Source: an uncultured virus (IMG/VR IMGVR_UViG_3300036945_000909)
Taxonomy: Duplodnaviria; Heunggongvirae; Uroviricota; Caudoviricetes
Virus record (IMG/VR): IMGVR_UViG_3300036945_000909
Strand: one strand, 5' to 3'
Length of the DNA: 64,000 nt
Shown here: positions 50,301 through 59,593 of the stretch, piece after piece
Layout: each line of letters opens with the position of its first letter
How positions within the stretch are numbered: position 1 is the first letter of the stretch
Made by a program: the position numbers and the translations under genes
Notes under the pieces: generated by a model
Seen by the model: the letters and a program-made list of their open reading frames with translations, nothing else
The model's database searches: none
Told to the model about the DNA's origin: nothing

Positions 50301-52095
50301 TCCATCTGAATATGAAAAGAAAAAATCAACCGATCAAGTATTACCTATCCATAATCATGATCATGATAAGACATCAAAATATAATCGTATTTTAAAATAT
50401 GGATTTAAAGACCCAATCCAAAGTTCAAAAGATAAATTAGCAGAAGGATTTACAAAAGGACAATTATTTGCTGGTAATCTTAAAATAGGTGGAGTAGTAG
50501 TTCCAATTGAAGTAGAATTAGTTGGTGCAGATAATAAAAAGAATGCGTTTATTACTAAGGTAATTAATATTGATAAAAAGTATTTGAGTAAATTACCATC
50601 AAATGGTATATTAGAAATACCAGCAAGAATATTTCGATTTGCAGGTGGATGGCGAAAAATAAAATCACCATCTGCATTTGAAAATATAAATTCAAAAAAC
50701 CATAAAGCAGATTCGAGAATTGATAGAAATTTTATCAAACATCACAAAAGTTCAAGTTATACACCTGATATGGGATACCCTGCAGAGTTAGATACTATTG
50801 ATTTTGATGATGCAGATAATAAAGTAGGTCACCAAACGAATAAAAAAGATAAGAAAAACAGAGGATACGAACCAGTAAAAGAATCATTTATAAATGAAGG
50901 TGGTGCATATGGTCATATGAATCATCCATTTGATACTGATATTAATTTAACCTTTGGACAACTTAAAGATATTGTAAACCGTGCATTAGATGGTGAATTA
51001 GAACTTGCTAGAGAGAAAACTGATGGGCAAGCACTTGCAATTAGTTGGGTAGGTGGAAGATTAGTTGCTGCTCGTAATAAAGGACACTTAAAAAATAGAG
51101 GTGCAGGTGCATTAGATATAAAAGGTGTTGCGGATAAATTTACTGGTAGGGGAGAATTAGAGAAAGCTTACAACTTTGCAATGCAAGACCTTAGTAAGGC
51201 TATAAAAGCACTTTCTGAAAAACAAAGAGATAAGATTTTTAAGAATGGTGCATGTTTTATGAACATTGAGGTAATATACCCAACCTCAGTCAATGTAATT
51301 CCATATGGTCAACCTCTTTTAGTATTCCACGGAACAATGGAATATGATATGGAAGGTAACGCGATTGGAGAAGACCAACAATCTGGTAAGATTTTGGGTG
51401 GTATGATTAAGCAAGTAGAACAAAACGTTCAGGCTAATTATACTTTACAAGGACCACCGGTTCTATCATTACCAAAATCACAAAATCTTTCATCTAAAAA
51501 AGGTGAATACAATTCGAAAATCTCTAAATTACAAAAAGAATTTGGGTTGGGAGATACTGCAGGTGTTGCTGAATATCATCAAGCATGGTGGGAAAACTTT
51601 GTAGATAAAAAATCACCATTAAAGTTAGATAATAATACTAAAATGGGATTAGTGAAGAGATGGGCGTTTGGTGATAAAGGATTTAGAATAGATGCTAAAA
51701 ATATAACAGATACTAAAGTGTTAGATTGGGCTACTAAAATTGATAAAGAAGACCAAGGAAAAATCACTAAAGAAAATTTAATGAAATTTGAAGATATTTT
51801 CTTAGGAGTGGGTGCAGAAGTTCTTTCATTTACATCATCAGTATTGACTGTTAATCCAGACAAGGCTGTTAGAGATATGAAAAAGAGATTAGACCAAACT
51901 ATTAGTGATGTTAAGAAATCAGGTGACCCTAAAAAGATTGAAAAATTAAAATTAGAGTTGAGAAGATTATCTGCAGTAGGTGGAGTTGATAAGATTGTTC
52001 CAATTGAAGGTATTGTATTTGTGTATAATGGTAAAACTTTTAAATTAACTGGTAGTTTTGCTTCATTGAACCAATTATTAGGAATATTTTACTAA
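47395..52095 (+). CDS. Polyvalent multidomain protein: HIGH nucleotidyltransferase + ParB-like + BECR-RNase-like + E..H..DH module + ligase-type (KxDG) nucleotidyltransferase
   Basis: GRFQPFHKGH...ISGT; PIVL...LLAGNTRL; IEFTNHFFDR...KTVMRK; GIKVEMEH...IAMDHLYEDPKYY; GHMNHP...EKTDG...EGIVF...KLTG. Confidence 0.75.
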   Translation: MSTLSTFLAEQILLEESTPIKKTVVVYVGRFQPFHKGHYATYSNLVKKFGKDSVYIGTSNKTEKPKSPFNFREKKQIMTTMFGIPSNKIVEVKNPYAPTEILKNFDEETTAFVTVVGEKDSSRLGGKYFAKWDGHPTEGYKTKGYVYVSPALSSISGTDVRIGLSNGSEDQKQNFFTDTAYPKFNKQIFKLISDKLTEAITLPVEVGDTLLMGKFKNKKVVVKTIGTDEHGMPTINGKKVVTFRMIKEGTQIFFEDENEDAKYTHIGYGRYKLKGKEDDDKSPTFTKDDSGKYIQSQTQTNEPKQDTPQGTAVKGAKMFAHDPNVKQPTTTEPTNKDWTDGKDGWEILDDPRSKVKNIRKYTDEELQGETSEYFDNEVTKKVAPNAFTDESDMIQQIKDAKPVYLSSEEMQNMNNSDMGDILSASKNGGKDAMLKLGKERAIKYGKDWDRLEKGIAKGNAVPSPIVLKDNSGQLHLLAGNTRLMSFTASGKKLPVKIINYDGDFQYENSDSKKTDVSKYSITNLKRKISGWAEKEKEFFTKNQQRPNSEVRRTIGEMIADKTKGAIQAIKKIAQHEIKEFKEAGVGATKFFKGEKLTDEDKKALKAIAIKVATTALFGAVTGGASHGALAFGKHVAIELIPHVVGETILKGIGKAAIFAGVDEENEEMYLQKFGELIAKNMQEMKIPSDILQKSIMTYESEGEKEEQSVSEKYLSDFSKVVKEMIDEELEIQQNEMSKSQLNQVEKYAEKQLSPEDIEFTNHFFDRVNDARNGKEISDAELTGFFKRLARHKKEFKEFLEKFHQIVVKDKRNDINIPFVKQSNHIIAKTVMRKGDFKSTNQTLTIEDKIPGGKSTGMNLYDIANYHNCDIDELSNQLQIGIKVEMEHTSDRKIAEEIAMDHLYEDPKYYTKLATIETEDTISEISAMGGSFQNDGNATTGNSWNDDWSDYDTQDYYLDNLEGWTTYSDNPSEYEKKKSTDQVLPIHNHDHDKTSKYNRILKYGFKDPIQSSKDKLAEGFTKGQLFAGNLKIGGVVVPIEVELVGADNKKNAFITKVINIDKKYLSKLPSNGILEIPARIFRFAGGWRKIKSPSAFENINSKNHKADSRIDRNFIKHHKSSSYTPDMGYPAELDTIDFDDADNKVGHQTNKKDKKNRGYEPVKESFINEGGAYGHMNHPFDTDINLTFGQLKDIVNRALDGELELAREKTDGQALAISWVGGRLVAARNKGHLKNRGAGALDIKGVADKFTGRGELEKAYNFAMQDLSKAIKALSEKQRDKIFKNGACFMNIEVIYPTSVNVIPYGQPLLVFHGTMEYDMEGNAIGEDQQSGKILGGMIKQVEQNVQANYTLQGPPVLSLPKSQNLSSKKGEYNSKISKLQKEFGLGDTAGVAEYHQAWWENFVDKKSPLKLDNNTKMGLVKRWAFGDKGFRIDAKNITDTKVLDWATKIDKEDQGKITKENLMKFEDIFLGVGAEVLSFTSSVLTVNPDKAVRDMKKRLDQTISDVKKSGDPKKIEKLKLELRRLSAVGGVDKIVPIEGIVFVYNGKTFKLTGSFASLNQLLGIFY

Positions 52096-52172
52096 TTTTT
52101 TAAAAAAATATTAATTTTTTAGTTTTAATATATGTATATATATTAGAATAAAGAACCTAATATATAAAAATT

Positions 52173-52832
52173 ATGGCAAAAGAGTTCCAAAAGAAATTTA
52201 TGCATCCAACTCGTAGAAAGTTGGTTGATATGGTTATGAGTGGTGGTGATTATGAAAAAACTACTCAAATTGGTTATACTCCTGAAACAATAGAACGTAA
52301 GGTTGGTGATGTTTGGGAAGACGAATATAATCGTTACGAAAAGAAAGAAGGTTATACTTTAAAAACTGGTAAAAATTCTGAAGCATTTAACGATATTAGA
52401 AAATGGTTAAATGAACAAAAAGAATGTAAGAACATTGAATGTAAAAGAGTTAAAAAATCTAAAACAGATTTTAAACTAATACAGAAAACAGGTTATTGTA
52501 TTGATTGTTTAGCAAAAATAGAAACTGACATTAAGTTAAAAGGAATTTGGCAAGAATATCAGGACTATAAAGTTTACACTCGTATGATTATTGAGGGTAA
52601 AATCAAATTAGAACAAATCAGACAATCTTTAGATGAAGTTAAACCATTTTATGAATACATCAATGAAGATGGTTCAGTTGAAAAATGGGAATTACCACAA
52701 TCGGTGGATGAAATCAAAAAAGAAATCAAAGAATTCATCGAAAATGGTGAAATTGAATTAAAGGAAATAGAAGATAAACGTAACGAAGCGTTTGAGGTTA
52801 TAAGAAAAAACAATTATGAACATTATTTGTAA
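52173..52832 (+). CDS. Hypothetical protein with two Cys pairs (putative Zn binding)
   Basis: RKVGDVWED; CKNIEC...CIDC; TATGTATA promoter variant at 52131. Confidence 0.7.
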   Translation: MAKEFQKKFMHPTRRKLVDMVMSGGDYEKTTQIGYTPETIERKVGDVWEDEYNRYEKKEGYTLKTGKNSEAFNDIRKWLNEQKECKNIECKRVKKSKTDFKLIQKTGYCIDCLAKIETDIKLKGIWQEYQDYKVYTRMIIEGKIKLEQIRQSLDEVKPFYEYINEDGSVEKWELPQSVDEIKKEIKEFIENGEIELKEIEDKRNEAFEVIRKNNYEHYL

Positions 52833-52846
52833 AAAAGGATTAATTT

Positions 52847-53230
52847 ATGAGAGACATTAAATCAACCATTTTACTATTAGTCATTATTGGGTTAGCCGGA
52901 TATAATATCTTTTTCACTAAGCAGTTGAGAACGGATATTGATGGTTATAATTCGAAGATTGATAGTATTCAAACCGAAGTTGACTCGGTAGTGTTAGTCA
53001 ACAAAGAATTGGATAGACATATCAATAAACTACATCAAGAAGTTGTAGTAATTGATAAGAATATCGCAGTAGTAACCAAAAAAATAACAACAATAAAGGA
53101 AGAAACAAATGAGAAAGTTAATAACGTTGACAATTATGCTATCCATGACCTTTACCAGTTTTTCTCAAACCGTTACGAAAACGGACTCGATAGTTCCGCT
53201 AAAAGTTCCGGTGGCAAAGCTAGTAATTAA
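52847..53230 (+). CDS. N-terminally anchored coiled-coil membrane protein (i-spanin-like)
   Basis: TILLLVIIGLAGYNIFF transmembrane segment followed by heptads; overlaps the next gene by 122 nt. Confidence 0.55.
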   Translation: MRDIKSTILLLVIIGLAGYNIFFTKQLRTDIDGYNSKIDSIQTEVDSVVLVNKELDRHINKLHQEVVVIDKNIAVVTKKITTIKEETNEKVNNVDNYAIHDLYQFFSNRYENGLDSSAKSSGGKASN

Positions 53231-53519
53231 GGATATACTTAGAGGTGATGGAGCAATCCAACAATTAGAAGAAACTGAAAAGGTACTTGAATTAACCAAT
53301 CAAAAATTGGTGTTAAAAGAAAATGTAATTTCAGTTCTAAACTCTAAAGTGACAAATTTAGATTATATCATCAAACAAAAAGATGAACAATTTAAATTAG
53401 AACGAAACAAATCTGAAGATTTAATAAAAGAAATAAAGCAAGTTAGACGAACTACTTTTTTATATAAAGTTGGAACGTTTATCGGTGTTATAACTACTAC
53501 TTTATTTTTATTAAAATAA
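53109..53519 (+). CDS. Secreted coiled-coil protein with C-terminal hydrophobic anchor (spanin-partner-like)
   Basis: MRKLITLTIMLSMTFTSFS-Q signal peptide without Cys, coiled coil, VGTFIGVITTTLFLLK tail. Confidence 0.55.
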   Translation: MRKLITLTIMLSMTFTSFSQTVTKTDSIVPLKVPVAKLVIKDILRGDGAIQQLEETEKVLELTNQKLVLKENVISVLNSKVTNLDYIIKQKDEQFKLERNKSEDLIKEIKQVRRTTFLYKVGTFIGVITTTLFLLK

Positions 53520-53524
53520 ACTAA

Positions 53525-55105
53525 ATGGCATCTTTAAAAGATATAATTAAATTAGAGTATTCTAAATGTGCTGCTGACCCAATATACTTTATGAAAAAGT
53601 ATTGTATGATTCAGCACCCAGTTAGAGGAAAAATTCCATTTCATTTATTTCCTTTTCAGGATAGAACTTTAGTAGAATTCAAAGACCATCGATATAACAT
53701 CGTATTAAAATCCCGTCAAACAGGTATTTCTACTTTGGTTGCGGGATTTTCCCTTTGGAAGATGTTATTTAATCAAGATTACAACGTATTGGTAATTGCA
53801 ACGAAACAAGAAGTTGCAAAAAACTTAATTACCAAAATCAGAGTAATGAATCAATACCTACCAAGTTGGTTGAAACAAGATACGGTAGAAGATAATAAAC
53901 TTTCCCTTCGATATGCAAATGGTTCTCAAGCAAAGGCAACTTCATCTTCTGGAGATGCTGGTCGTTCTGAAGCCCTATCCTTATTAGTATTTGATGAGGC
54001 AGCCTTCATCGATAATATTGAAGAAATTTGGATTTCTGCACAATCTACTCTATCAACGGGTGGTAGTGCGATTATTCTATCTACTCCTAATGGTGTGGGT
54101 AATTTCTTTCATAGAACGTGGGTAGGTGCAGAAGAAGGAACAAACGATTTTAATACCGTTCGATTACACTGGTCAGTTCACCCAGAAAGAGATCAAAGTT
54201 GGAGAGATGAGCAAGCTAGATTATTAGGACCAAAGGGTGCCGCACAAGAATGTGATTGTGACTTTGTAAGTTCCGGTGATACGGTTATCGATCCGGAGTT
54301 ACTTATGTTTTATAAGGAAACTTATGTTCAAGAACCAATTGAGAAGACTGGGTGGGATTCTAACCTATGGAAATGGGAATATCCAAACTACAACAAAGGA
54401 TATATGGTTGTAGCGGACGTTGCTCGTGGAGATGGTGGTGACTACTCTGCATGTCATGTGTTTGATATTGAAACTGCAACACAAGTAGCAGAATATAAAG
54501 GAAAAATGGATACTAAAGATTTTGGTAATTTCTTAGTAGCACTTGCAACTGAATATAATGAGGCACTTTTAGTAATAGAGAATGCTAATATTGGTTGGGC
54601 AGTAATTCAACAAGTAATTGATAGAGGATACCGCAATCTTTTTTATATGAGTAAGGATTTAAAGTATGTAGATGTTCAACATCAATTACATAATAAATTC
54701 AGAGCAGAAGAAAGAGGTATGGTGGCAGGATTTTCTACTACATCTAAAACTCGTCCTTTGATTATTTCTAAATTAGAAGACTACGTCAGAGAAAAATCCG
54801 TAACAATTCGTTCATCGAGATTGATAGAGGAACTATTTACATTTATATGGGTTGGTAATCGTGCAGAGGCAATGAGAGGTTATAATGATGACTTGGTGAT
54901 GTCTTTGGGTATTGGATTATGGGTTAGAGATACTGCACTTCGTTTAAGACAAGAAGGTGTTGATTTAACTAAAATGGCAATCGGTGGAATCCAACAACAT
55001 TCATTCACATTAGATGGTTTCGGTGGCAATTCATCATTAGATGAAAATCCTTGGCAAATGAGAGTGGGTGATAGAAACGAAGATTTGACTTGGTTGATTA
55101 AATAG
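53525..55105 (+). CDS. terL: Terminase large subunit (T4 gp17-like)
   Basis: KC..DPIYF, FQ, KSRQTGIST Walker A region, LLVFDEAAF Walker B, STPNG, VADVARGDGGDYS nuclease, NDDLVM. Confidence 0.97.
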   Translation: MASLKDIIKLEYSKCAADPIYFMKKYCMIQHPVRGKIPFHLFPFQDRTLVEFKDHRYNIVLKSRQTGISTLVAGFSLWKMLFNQDYNVLVIATKQEVAKNLITKIRVMNQYLPSWLKQDTVEDNKLSLRYANGSQAKATSSSGDAGRSEALSLLVFDEAAFIDNIEEIWISAQSTLSTGGSAIILSTPNGVGNFFHRTWVGAEEGTNDFNTVRLHWSVHPERDQSWRDEQARLLGPKGAAQECDCDFVSSGDTVIDPELLMFYKETYVQEPIEKTGWDSNLWKWEYPNYNKGYMVVADVARGDGGDYSACHVFDIETATQVAEYKGKMDTKDFGNFLVALATEYNEALLVIENANIGWAVIQQVIDRGYRNLFYMSKDLKYVDVQHQLHNKFRAEERGMVAGFSTTSKTRPLIISKLEDYVREKSVTIRSSRLIEELFTFIWVGNRAEAMRGYNDDLVMSLGIGLWVRDTALRLRQEGVDLTKMAIGGIQQHSFTLDGFGGNSSLDENPWQMRVGDRNEDLTWLIK

Positions 55106-55124
55106 GTAATAAATTAGTTTTATA

Positions 55125-55132
55125 TATTTATA
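55125..55132 (+). promoter_or_regulatory. Putative late promoter TATTTATA
   Basis: Upstream of the AGGAG SD and ATG 55150. Confidence 0.7.
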
Positions 55133-55149
55133 GTGTATAGGAGAAAATT

Positions 55150-55626
55150 ATGATAAAATTACAAACACTATTGAACGAAGAATCACCGTGTTGGAAAGGA
55201 TACAAACAAGTTGGCATGAAAATGCTAAATGGAAAGGAAGTTCCAAATTGTGTCCCATCAAAAAACGAATCAATCGATGATGAATACGATGAGTATGATG
55301 TAGAAGATGAGGATGAAGAAGATTTCTTAGATTTTTTAAAAAACTATACAACAGAACTAAAAGAATCTACTTGTAATTGTGTTAATGAAGCAGAATATCA
55401 AGGTAGAGAAGTAAAATTGGGTAAACCAATGCAAGGTGATGTTAAAAAATTTAAAGTATATGTAAAAAATCCTGCAGGAAATGTAGTTAAAGTGAATTTC
55501 GGACAAAAAGGAATGAAAATCAGAAAATCAAATCCTGCTGCTAGAAAATCATTTAGAGCAAGAATGAATTGTGATAATCCTGGACCAAGACATAAAGCAA
55601 ATTATTGGTCTTGTAGAAAATGGTAA
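55150..55626 (+). CDS. Modular head-associated protein (CWKGY..VPNCVP module + FRAR..C..YWSC module)
   Basis: Leader MIKLQTLLNEE; two small Cys-containing modules separated by an acidic linker ending VNE. Confidence 0.75.
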   Translation: MIKLQTLLNEESPCWKGYKQVGMKMLNGKEVPNCVPSKNESIDDEYDEYDVEDEDEEDFLDFLKNYTTELKESTCNCVNEAEYQGREVKLGKPMQGDVKKFKVYVKNPAGNVVKVNFGQKGMKIRKSNPAARKSFRARMNCDNPGPRHKANYWSCRKW

Positions 55627-55661
55627 AAAAAATAAAAGGTTATAAATTAAAATAAAAAAAT

Positions 55662-57395
55662 ATGGCGGATACTTCGTTTTTTGGCAGATTAAGTAAACTC
55701 TTTCAATCTAAGGCAGTTGTGACTGTTGATAAAGATGGTAAGAGAACGGTCTTTGATGCCGATGAAAGACAACAGACCAATCTATCATCGTTAAGAGATA
55801 GATACACTAAAATTCAAAAATCTTTCTTTGAACAAGCAGGTGGTGCACAATCAATGGCATACCAACAAGTTCGCAGGGAAGTATTTAGAGATTATGATGC
55901 AATGGATTGTGACCCAATTCTAGCATCTGCTTTAGATATATACGCAGATGAATCTACACTTAAAAACGAATTTGGTGATATTTTAACCATTCGTTCTGAT
56001 AATCAAAAAGTACAAGAAGTATTAGACAACCTTTTCTACGATATTCTTAACGTAGAGTTTAACTTATGGCCATGGGTTCGTAATATGGTTAAGTATGGTG
56101 ATTTTTTCTTAGGATTAGAAATTGCCGAAGGTAAAGGTATTGTAAACGTAACCCCTCATTCAGTATATAACACAGAAAGATTAGAAGGACAAGACCCCCA
56201 TAATCCAAATGTAGTTAAATTTAAAATTACTGAAGACCCAAATGGTAAAGTTGAGTATGATAATTTCGAAATAGCACATTTCCGTTTATTAGCAGATACA
56301 AACTGGTTACCATATGGTAAATCAATGATTGAGAATGGTAGAAGATTGTGGAAACAATTGAGTTTAATGGAAGATGCGATGTTAATCCATCGTATTATGA
56401 GAGCACCTGAAAAAAGAGTGTTTAAAATCGATATAGGAAACATTCCACCAACTGAAGTAGATAATTACATGCAAAGAATTATCAACAAAATGAAGAAAGT
56501 TCCTTTCGTTGATAAAAATAGTGGCGATTATAACTTAAAGTATAATATGCAAAACCTTACCGAAGATTTCTTCTTACCGGTTAGAGGTGGTGATAGTGGA
56601 ACTTCAATTGAAAACCTTGCAGGATTAGATTATGCTGCAATCGATGATATTGAATACTTAAAATCTAAATTATTTGCAGCACTTAAAATTCCAAAAGCAT
56701 ATTTGGGATATGATGAGAATGTAAATGGTAAAGCAACTCTTGCAGCCGAAGATGTTCGTTTCGCAAGAACAATTGAAAGAATCCAAAGAACGGTAGTTTC
56801 TGAATTATCTAAAATAGCAATCGTGCATTTATACGCACAAGGTATTACAGATTCTGAAATGACTAACTTTGAATTGCAATTAGTTAATCCTTCAACAATT
56901 TATGAACAAGAGAAAGTAAATCTTTGGTCAGAAAAAGTTAGATTAGCACAAGATATGCAAGGATTGAATATGTTAAGTAAAGATTGGATTTATGAAAACA
57001 TCTTTAAAATGGCCGAAGGTGATCAAACTCGTGAAAGAGGTAAAATCATCGAAGATATTAAAGATAGATTCCGTTATAATTCTATTGAGAATCAGGGCAA
57101 TGACCCAGCAGTGGAATCCGAACCAACTGATGTTGAGGAAAGTTTAGAACAAATCAAAACCGAACTTACAAATAAAGGTGGAAGACCACGTGAAGGAAAT
57201 ACCTATGGTAAAGATAAATCTCCGTTTGGTAGAGACCCATTAGGTGATAAAGAAAATAAAAATGCATTAAAACACAGAACATCTGAAGACCGTGCATTAC
57301 AATATATCAATGGGATTGCAGCAAAACGTAAATTTTTAGCAGAACAAAAAGGTATGTTAGATGAGACTAATATCATCGATGACACGCAAAATTAA
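55662..57395 (+). CDS. Portal protein (T4 gp20-like)
   Basis: LMEDAMLIHRIMRAPEKRVFKIDIGNIP, EDFFLPVRG, IENLAG, DIEYL..KLFAALKIP. Confidence 0.96.
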   Translation: MADTSFFGRLSKLFQSKAVVTVDKDGKRTVFDADERQQTNLSSLRDRYTKIQKSFFEQAGGAQSMAYQQVRREVFRDYDAMDCDPILASALDIYADESTLKNEFGDILTIRSDNQKVQEVLDNLFYDILNVEFNLWPWVRNMVKYGDFFLGLEIAEGKGIVNVTPHSVYNTERLEGQDPHNPNVVKFKITEDPNGKVEYDNFEIAHFRLLADTNWLPYGKSMIENGRRLWKQLSLMEDAMLIHRIMRAPEKRVFKIDIGNIPPTEVDNYMQRIINKMKKVPFVDKNSGDYNLKYNMQNLTEDFFLPVRGGDSGTSIENLAGLDYAAIDDIEYLKSKLFAALKIPKAYLGYDENVNGKATLAAEDVRFARTIERIQRTVVSELSKIAIVHLYAQGITDSEMTNFELQLVNPSTIYEQEKVNLWSEKVRLAQDMQGLNMLSKDWIYENIFKMAEGDQTRERGKIIEDIKDRFRYNSIENQGNDPAVESEPTDVEESLEQIKTELTNKGGRPREGNTYGKDKSPFGRDPLGDKENKNALKHRTSEDRALQYINGIAAKRKFLAEQKGMLDETNIIDDTQN

Positions 57396-57414
57396 TCAAT
57401 CATAAAAAATTTTA

Positions 57415-57422
57415 TATTTATA
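57415..57422 (+). promoter_or_regulatory. Putative late promoter TATTTATA
   Basis: Located in the portal-57463 intergenic gap. Confidence 0.65.
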
Positions 57423-57462
57423 ATAGAGTTTTTGAGTATATCAAAATAAGGATTTGAGTAAA

Positions 57463-58332
57463 ATGAAAAAAATAAAACATTCAAAATTTAAGAATACGGG
57501 TTTTCTATTCGAACTATTAACTCGTCAAATAACTTTGGAAATTTTAAATAATTCCCCGGAGAAGGCAAAAAACATCGTATCTGAATTTTTTGGCAATGGA
57601 ACAGAATTGGCTAAAGAACTTCGTTTATTTAATTTATTAATAAATGAAAAATATAATTCTGAAACTAAAGCAGAAAAATTTATTGATGCTATCTTAGATG
57701 CTAGAACAAAGTTAGATGAGCAAAAATTGGCTAAACAAAAATATAGTTTAGTTAAATCGATAAAAGAAAATTTTGAAATAGATTCATTCTTATCATCACC
57801 AGTAACGAATTACAAAGTTCTTGCATCAATTCATAAATTATTTGAGGCAAAAGCAACAAATGTATTGGATGTAAAAGATGTATTCGATTCTAAACTTACA
57901 TTAGTAGAACACGTATCTACATCAACTCCATCTTTGAAACAAAAAGAAGATAAATTAGTTGAAGATTATAAGAAACAAGAAAAAGATTTAAGATTACTTA
58001 CTTATAAGATTCTGGTTGAAACCTTTAATAAAAAATATTCAAATCTAAATGATTCTCAAAAATTATTATTAAGAGAATACATTAATAACGTAACCAATAC
58101 TTCTAAATTTGGTGAATATTATTCCAACGAATTAAAAAATGTTGTAACTGAATTACATTCCATTTATACAACAATGGATGATAAGATTACAAAGATAAAA
58201 TTAAAAGAAACTATTAACGTCTTAAAGAATCAAAAGTTTGGTAAAAAAATTACCGATGAACAAGTTTCTGCGTTAATGATGGGATTTGAACTTATAAAGG
58301 AAATAAAAAATGTTAAAAGCCGAATCTCTTAA
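57463..58332 (+). CDS. Helical hypothetical protein of the head module
   Basis: MKKIKHSKFKNTGFLFELL; ATG 57463 with upstream AAGGA; lies between portal and protease. Confidence 0.75.
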   Translation: MKKIKHSKFKNTGFLFELLTRQITLEILNNSPEKAKNIVSEFFGNGTELAKELRLFNLLINEKYNSETKAEKFIDAILDARTKLDEQKLAKQKYSLVKSIKENFEIDSFLSSPVTNYKVLASIHKLFEAKATNVLDVKDVFDSKLTLVEHVSTSTPSLKQKEDKLVEDYKKQEKDLRLLTYKILVETFNKKYSNLNDSQKLLLREYINNVTNTSKFGEYYSNELKNVVTELHSIYTTMDDKITKIKLKETINVLKNQKFGKKITDEQVSALMMGFELIKEIKNVKSRIS

Positions 58333-59593
58333 AAAATATATTGATGAAGTAATTGCAGAAATCGAACAAGAATTAGATGAAGCAACTGCTACCGGTGATA
58401 TTGCAGGATACGAAACTCCAAATGCGTTTTCTGATGGAAGTGATGCAACAAAAAGACGTAAAAAGAAAATTGCAACTCAATTGGGTATGCAGTTAGTTGG
58501 TAAAGTTGAATCAGTAAATGAAGCATCTACAACATTTGTATCTGGTAATTCTGGTAGAACTATAACTCATTTAGATAATAAAAAATATCAATTAACGAAA
58601 GATGTAAAGGGTGCTCAAATTGGAAACTATCATAGTGTAGTTTTACCAAAAGGAAGCATTATACATAATCTACCAGGTGGTGTATTTGTTTCACACCCAT
58701 CGTTAAAAGATAAATTTTCGGGTATTAAAGAAACTCCAAACTTTGGTTTTAGAGTGACTACTCACCCTGATACTATATTAACTATTGAAAAATCTTCAAA
58801 AATATTAGAATCGATAAGTGAAATGGTGATTACCGAAAAACAATTCAAAGGTTTGGATGGGATTCCAGCAACTACTTCATTAGCAAAAATAACCAAAGAC
58901 CAAAAATTAAAAATAATCAAAGGTGTTGGTAATATAATTGATTTTATTGTTCCCAAAGGAGTAAGTAGAAACTTTTGGCAAGTAATTGGAACTGGCAAAG
59001 TAAAGAAAAACTTATCCGGTGAATATTACTTAGAAGGTAAAATAATCAATTCACCTATGTTCAAATCTATGGATGATTTAATAAATGGTATAAAATGGGA
59101 TTCGATGGAAGATAGAAGACGATTTAACGAATCAATTAATGAATATAACTTAAACGATATTATCAAACAGGTTAAAACTTATGAAAAACCAAAAGATGCA
59201 AAACTTTTGACAATCAAAGTAATAAATAAACTTAAAGATACTAGAAATAAATCAAATTCATCTAAAAAAATCGAAATTCAAAAAATAATTGATACTATTG
59301 AGGGTGATTACAACAAAGGTAAGTATCTTAAATTGGAATCAATTAATGAAAATCGTTGGTTAGAATTAAAAAATGATGATTCTATGCATGCTAATAAAAA
59401 ACTAGCAGTTGGTTTAAAAGAATTAAAAAATCAATTAAGTGAAGTTGAAAAGTTTTTCCGTTGGTATAATCAAATCAAAACAATGAATGAATTAGATTCA
59501 AATCAATATTGGAAAAGAACAAATTCACATATTTATAAGATAAAAGAACGTATAATCAACATAGCAAGAACATTGCAGGAGATAGAAAAATAA
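58310..59593 (+). CDS. Modular head-associated protein with repeated ES[IV][NS]E linkers
   Basis: ELDE-A, ESVNE, ESISE, ESINE and ESINE delimit 5-6 short modules. Confidence 0.75.
   Translation: MLKAESLKKYIDEVIAEIEQELDEATATGDIAGYETPNAFSDGSDATKRRKKKIATQLGMQLVGKVESVNEASTTFVSGNSGRTITHLDNKKYQLTKDVKGAQIGNYHSVVLPKGSIIHNLPGGVFVSHPSLKDKFSGIKETPNFGFRVTTHPDTILTIEKSSKILESISEMVITEKQFKGLDGIPATTSLAKITKDQKLKIIKGVGNIIDFIVPKGVSRNFWQVIGTGKVKKNLSGEYYLEGKIINSPMFKSMDDLINGIKWDSMEDRRRFNESINEYNLNDIIKQVKTYEKPKDAKLLTIKVINKLKDTRNKSNSSKKIEIQKIIDTIEGDYNKGKYLKLESINENRWLELKNDDSMHANKKLAVGLKELKNQLSEVEKFFRWYNQIKTMNELDSNQYWKRTNSHIYKIKERIINIARTLQEIEK

Noticed and set aside
52095..52130. Terminator after the polyvalent protein gene
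   Set aside because: Only A/T runs are present and any hairpin would be too weak to call.
53525..55105. Inactive terminase because Walker A reads SRQTGIST rather than GKT/S
   Set aside because: All other ATPase and nuclease motifs are intact and the basic residue upstream (KSRQ) may serve the role; this is likely a clade variant.
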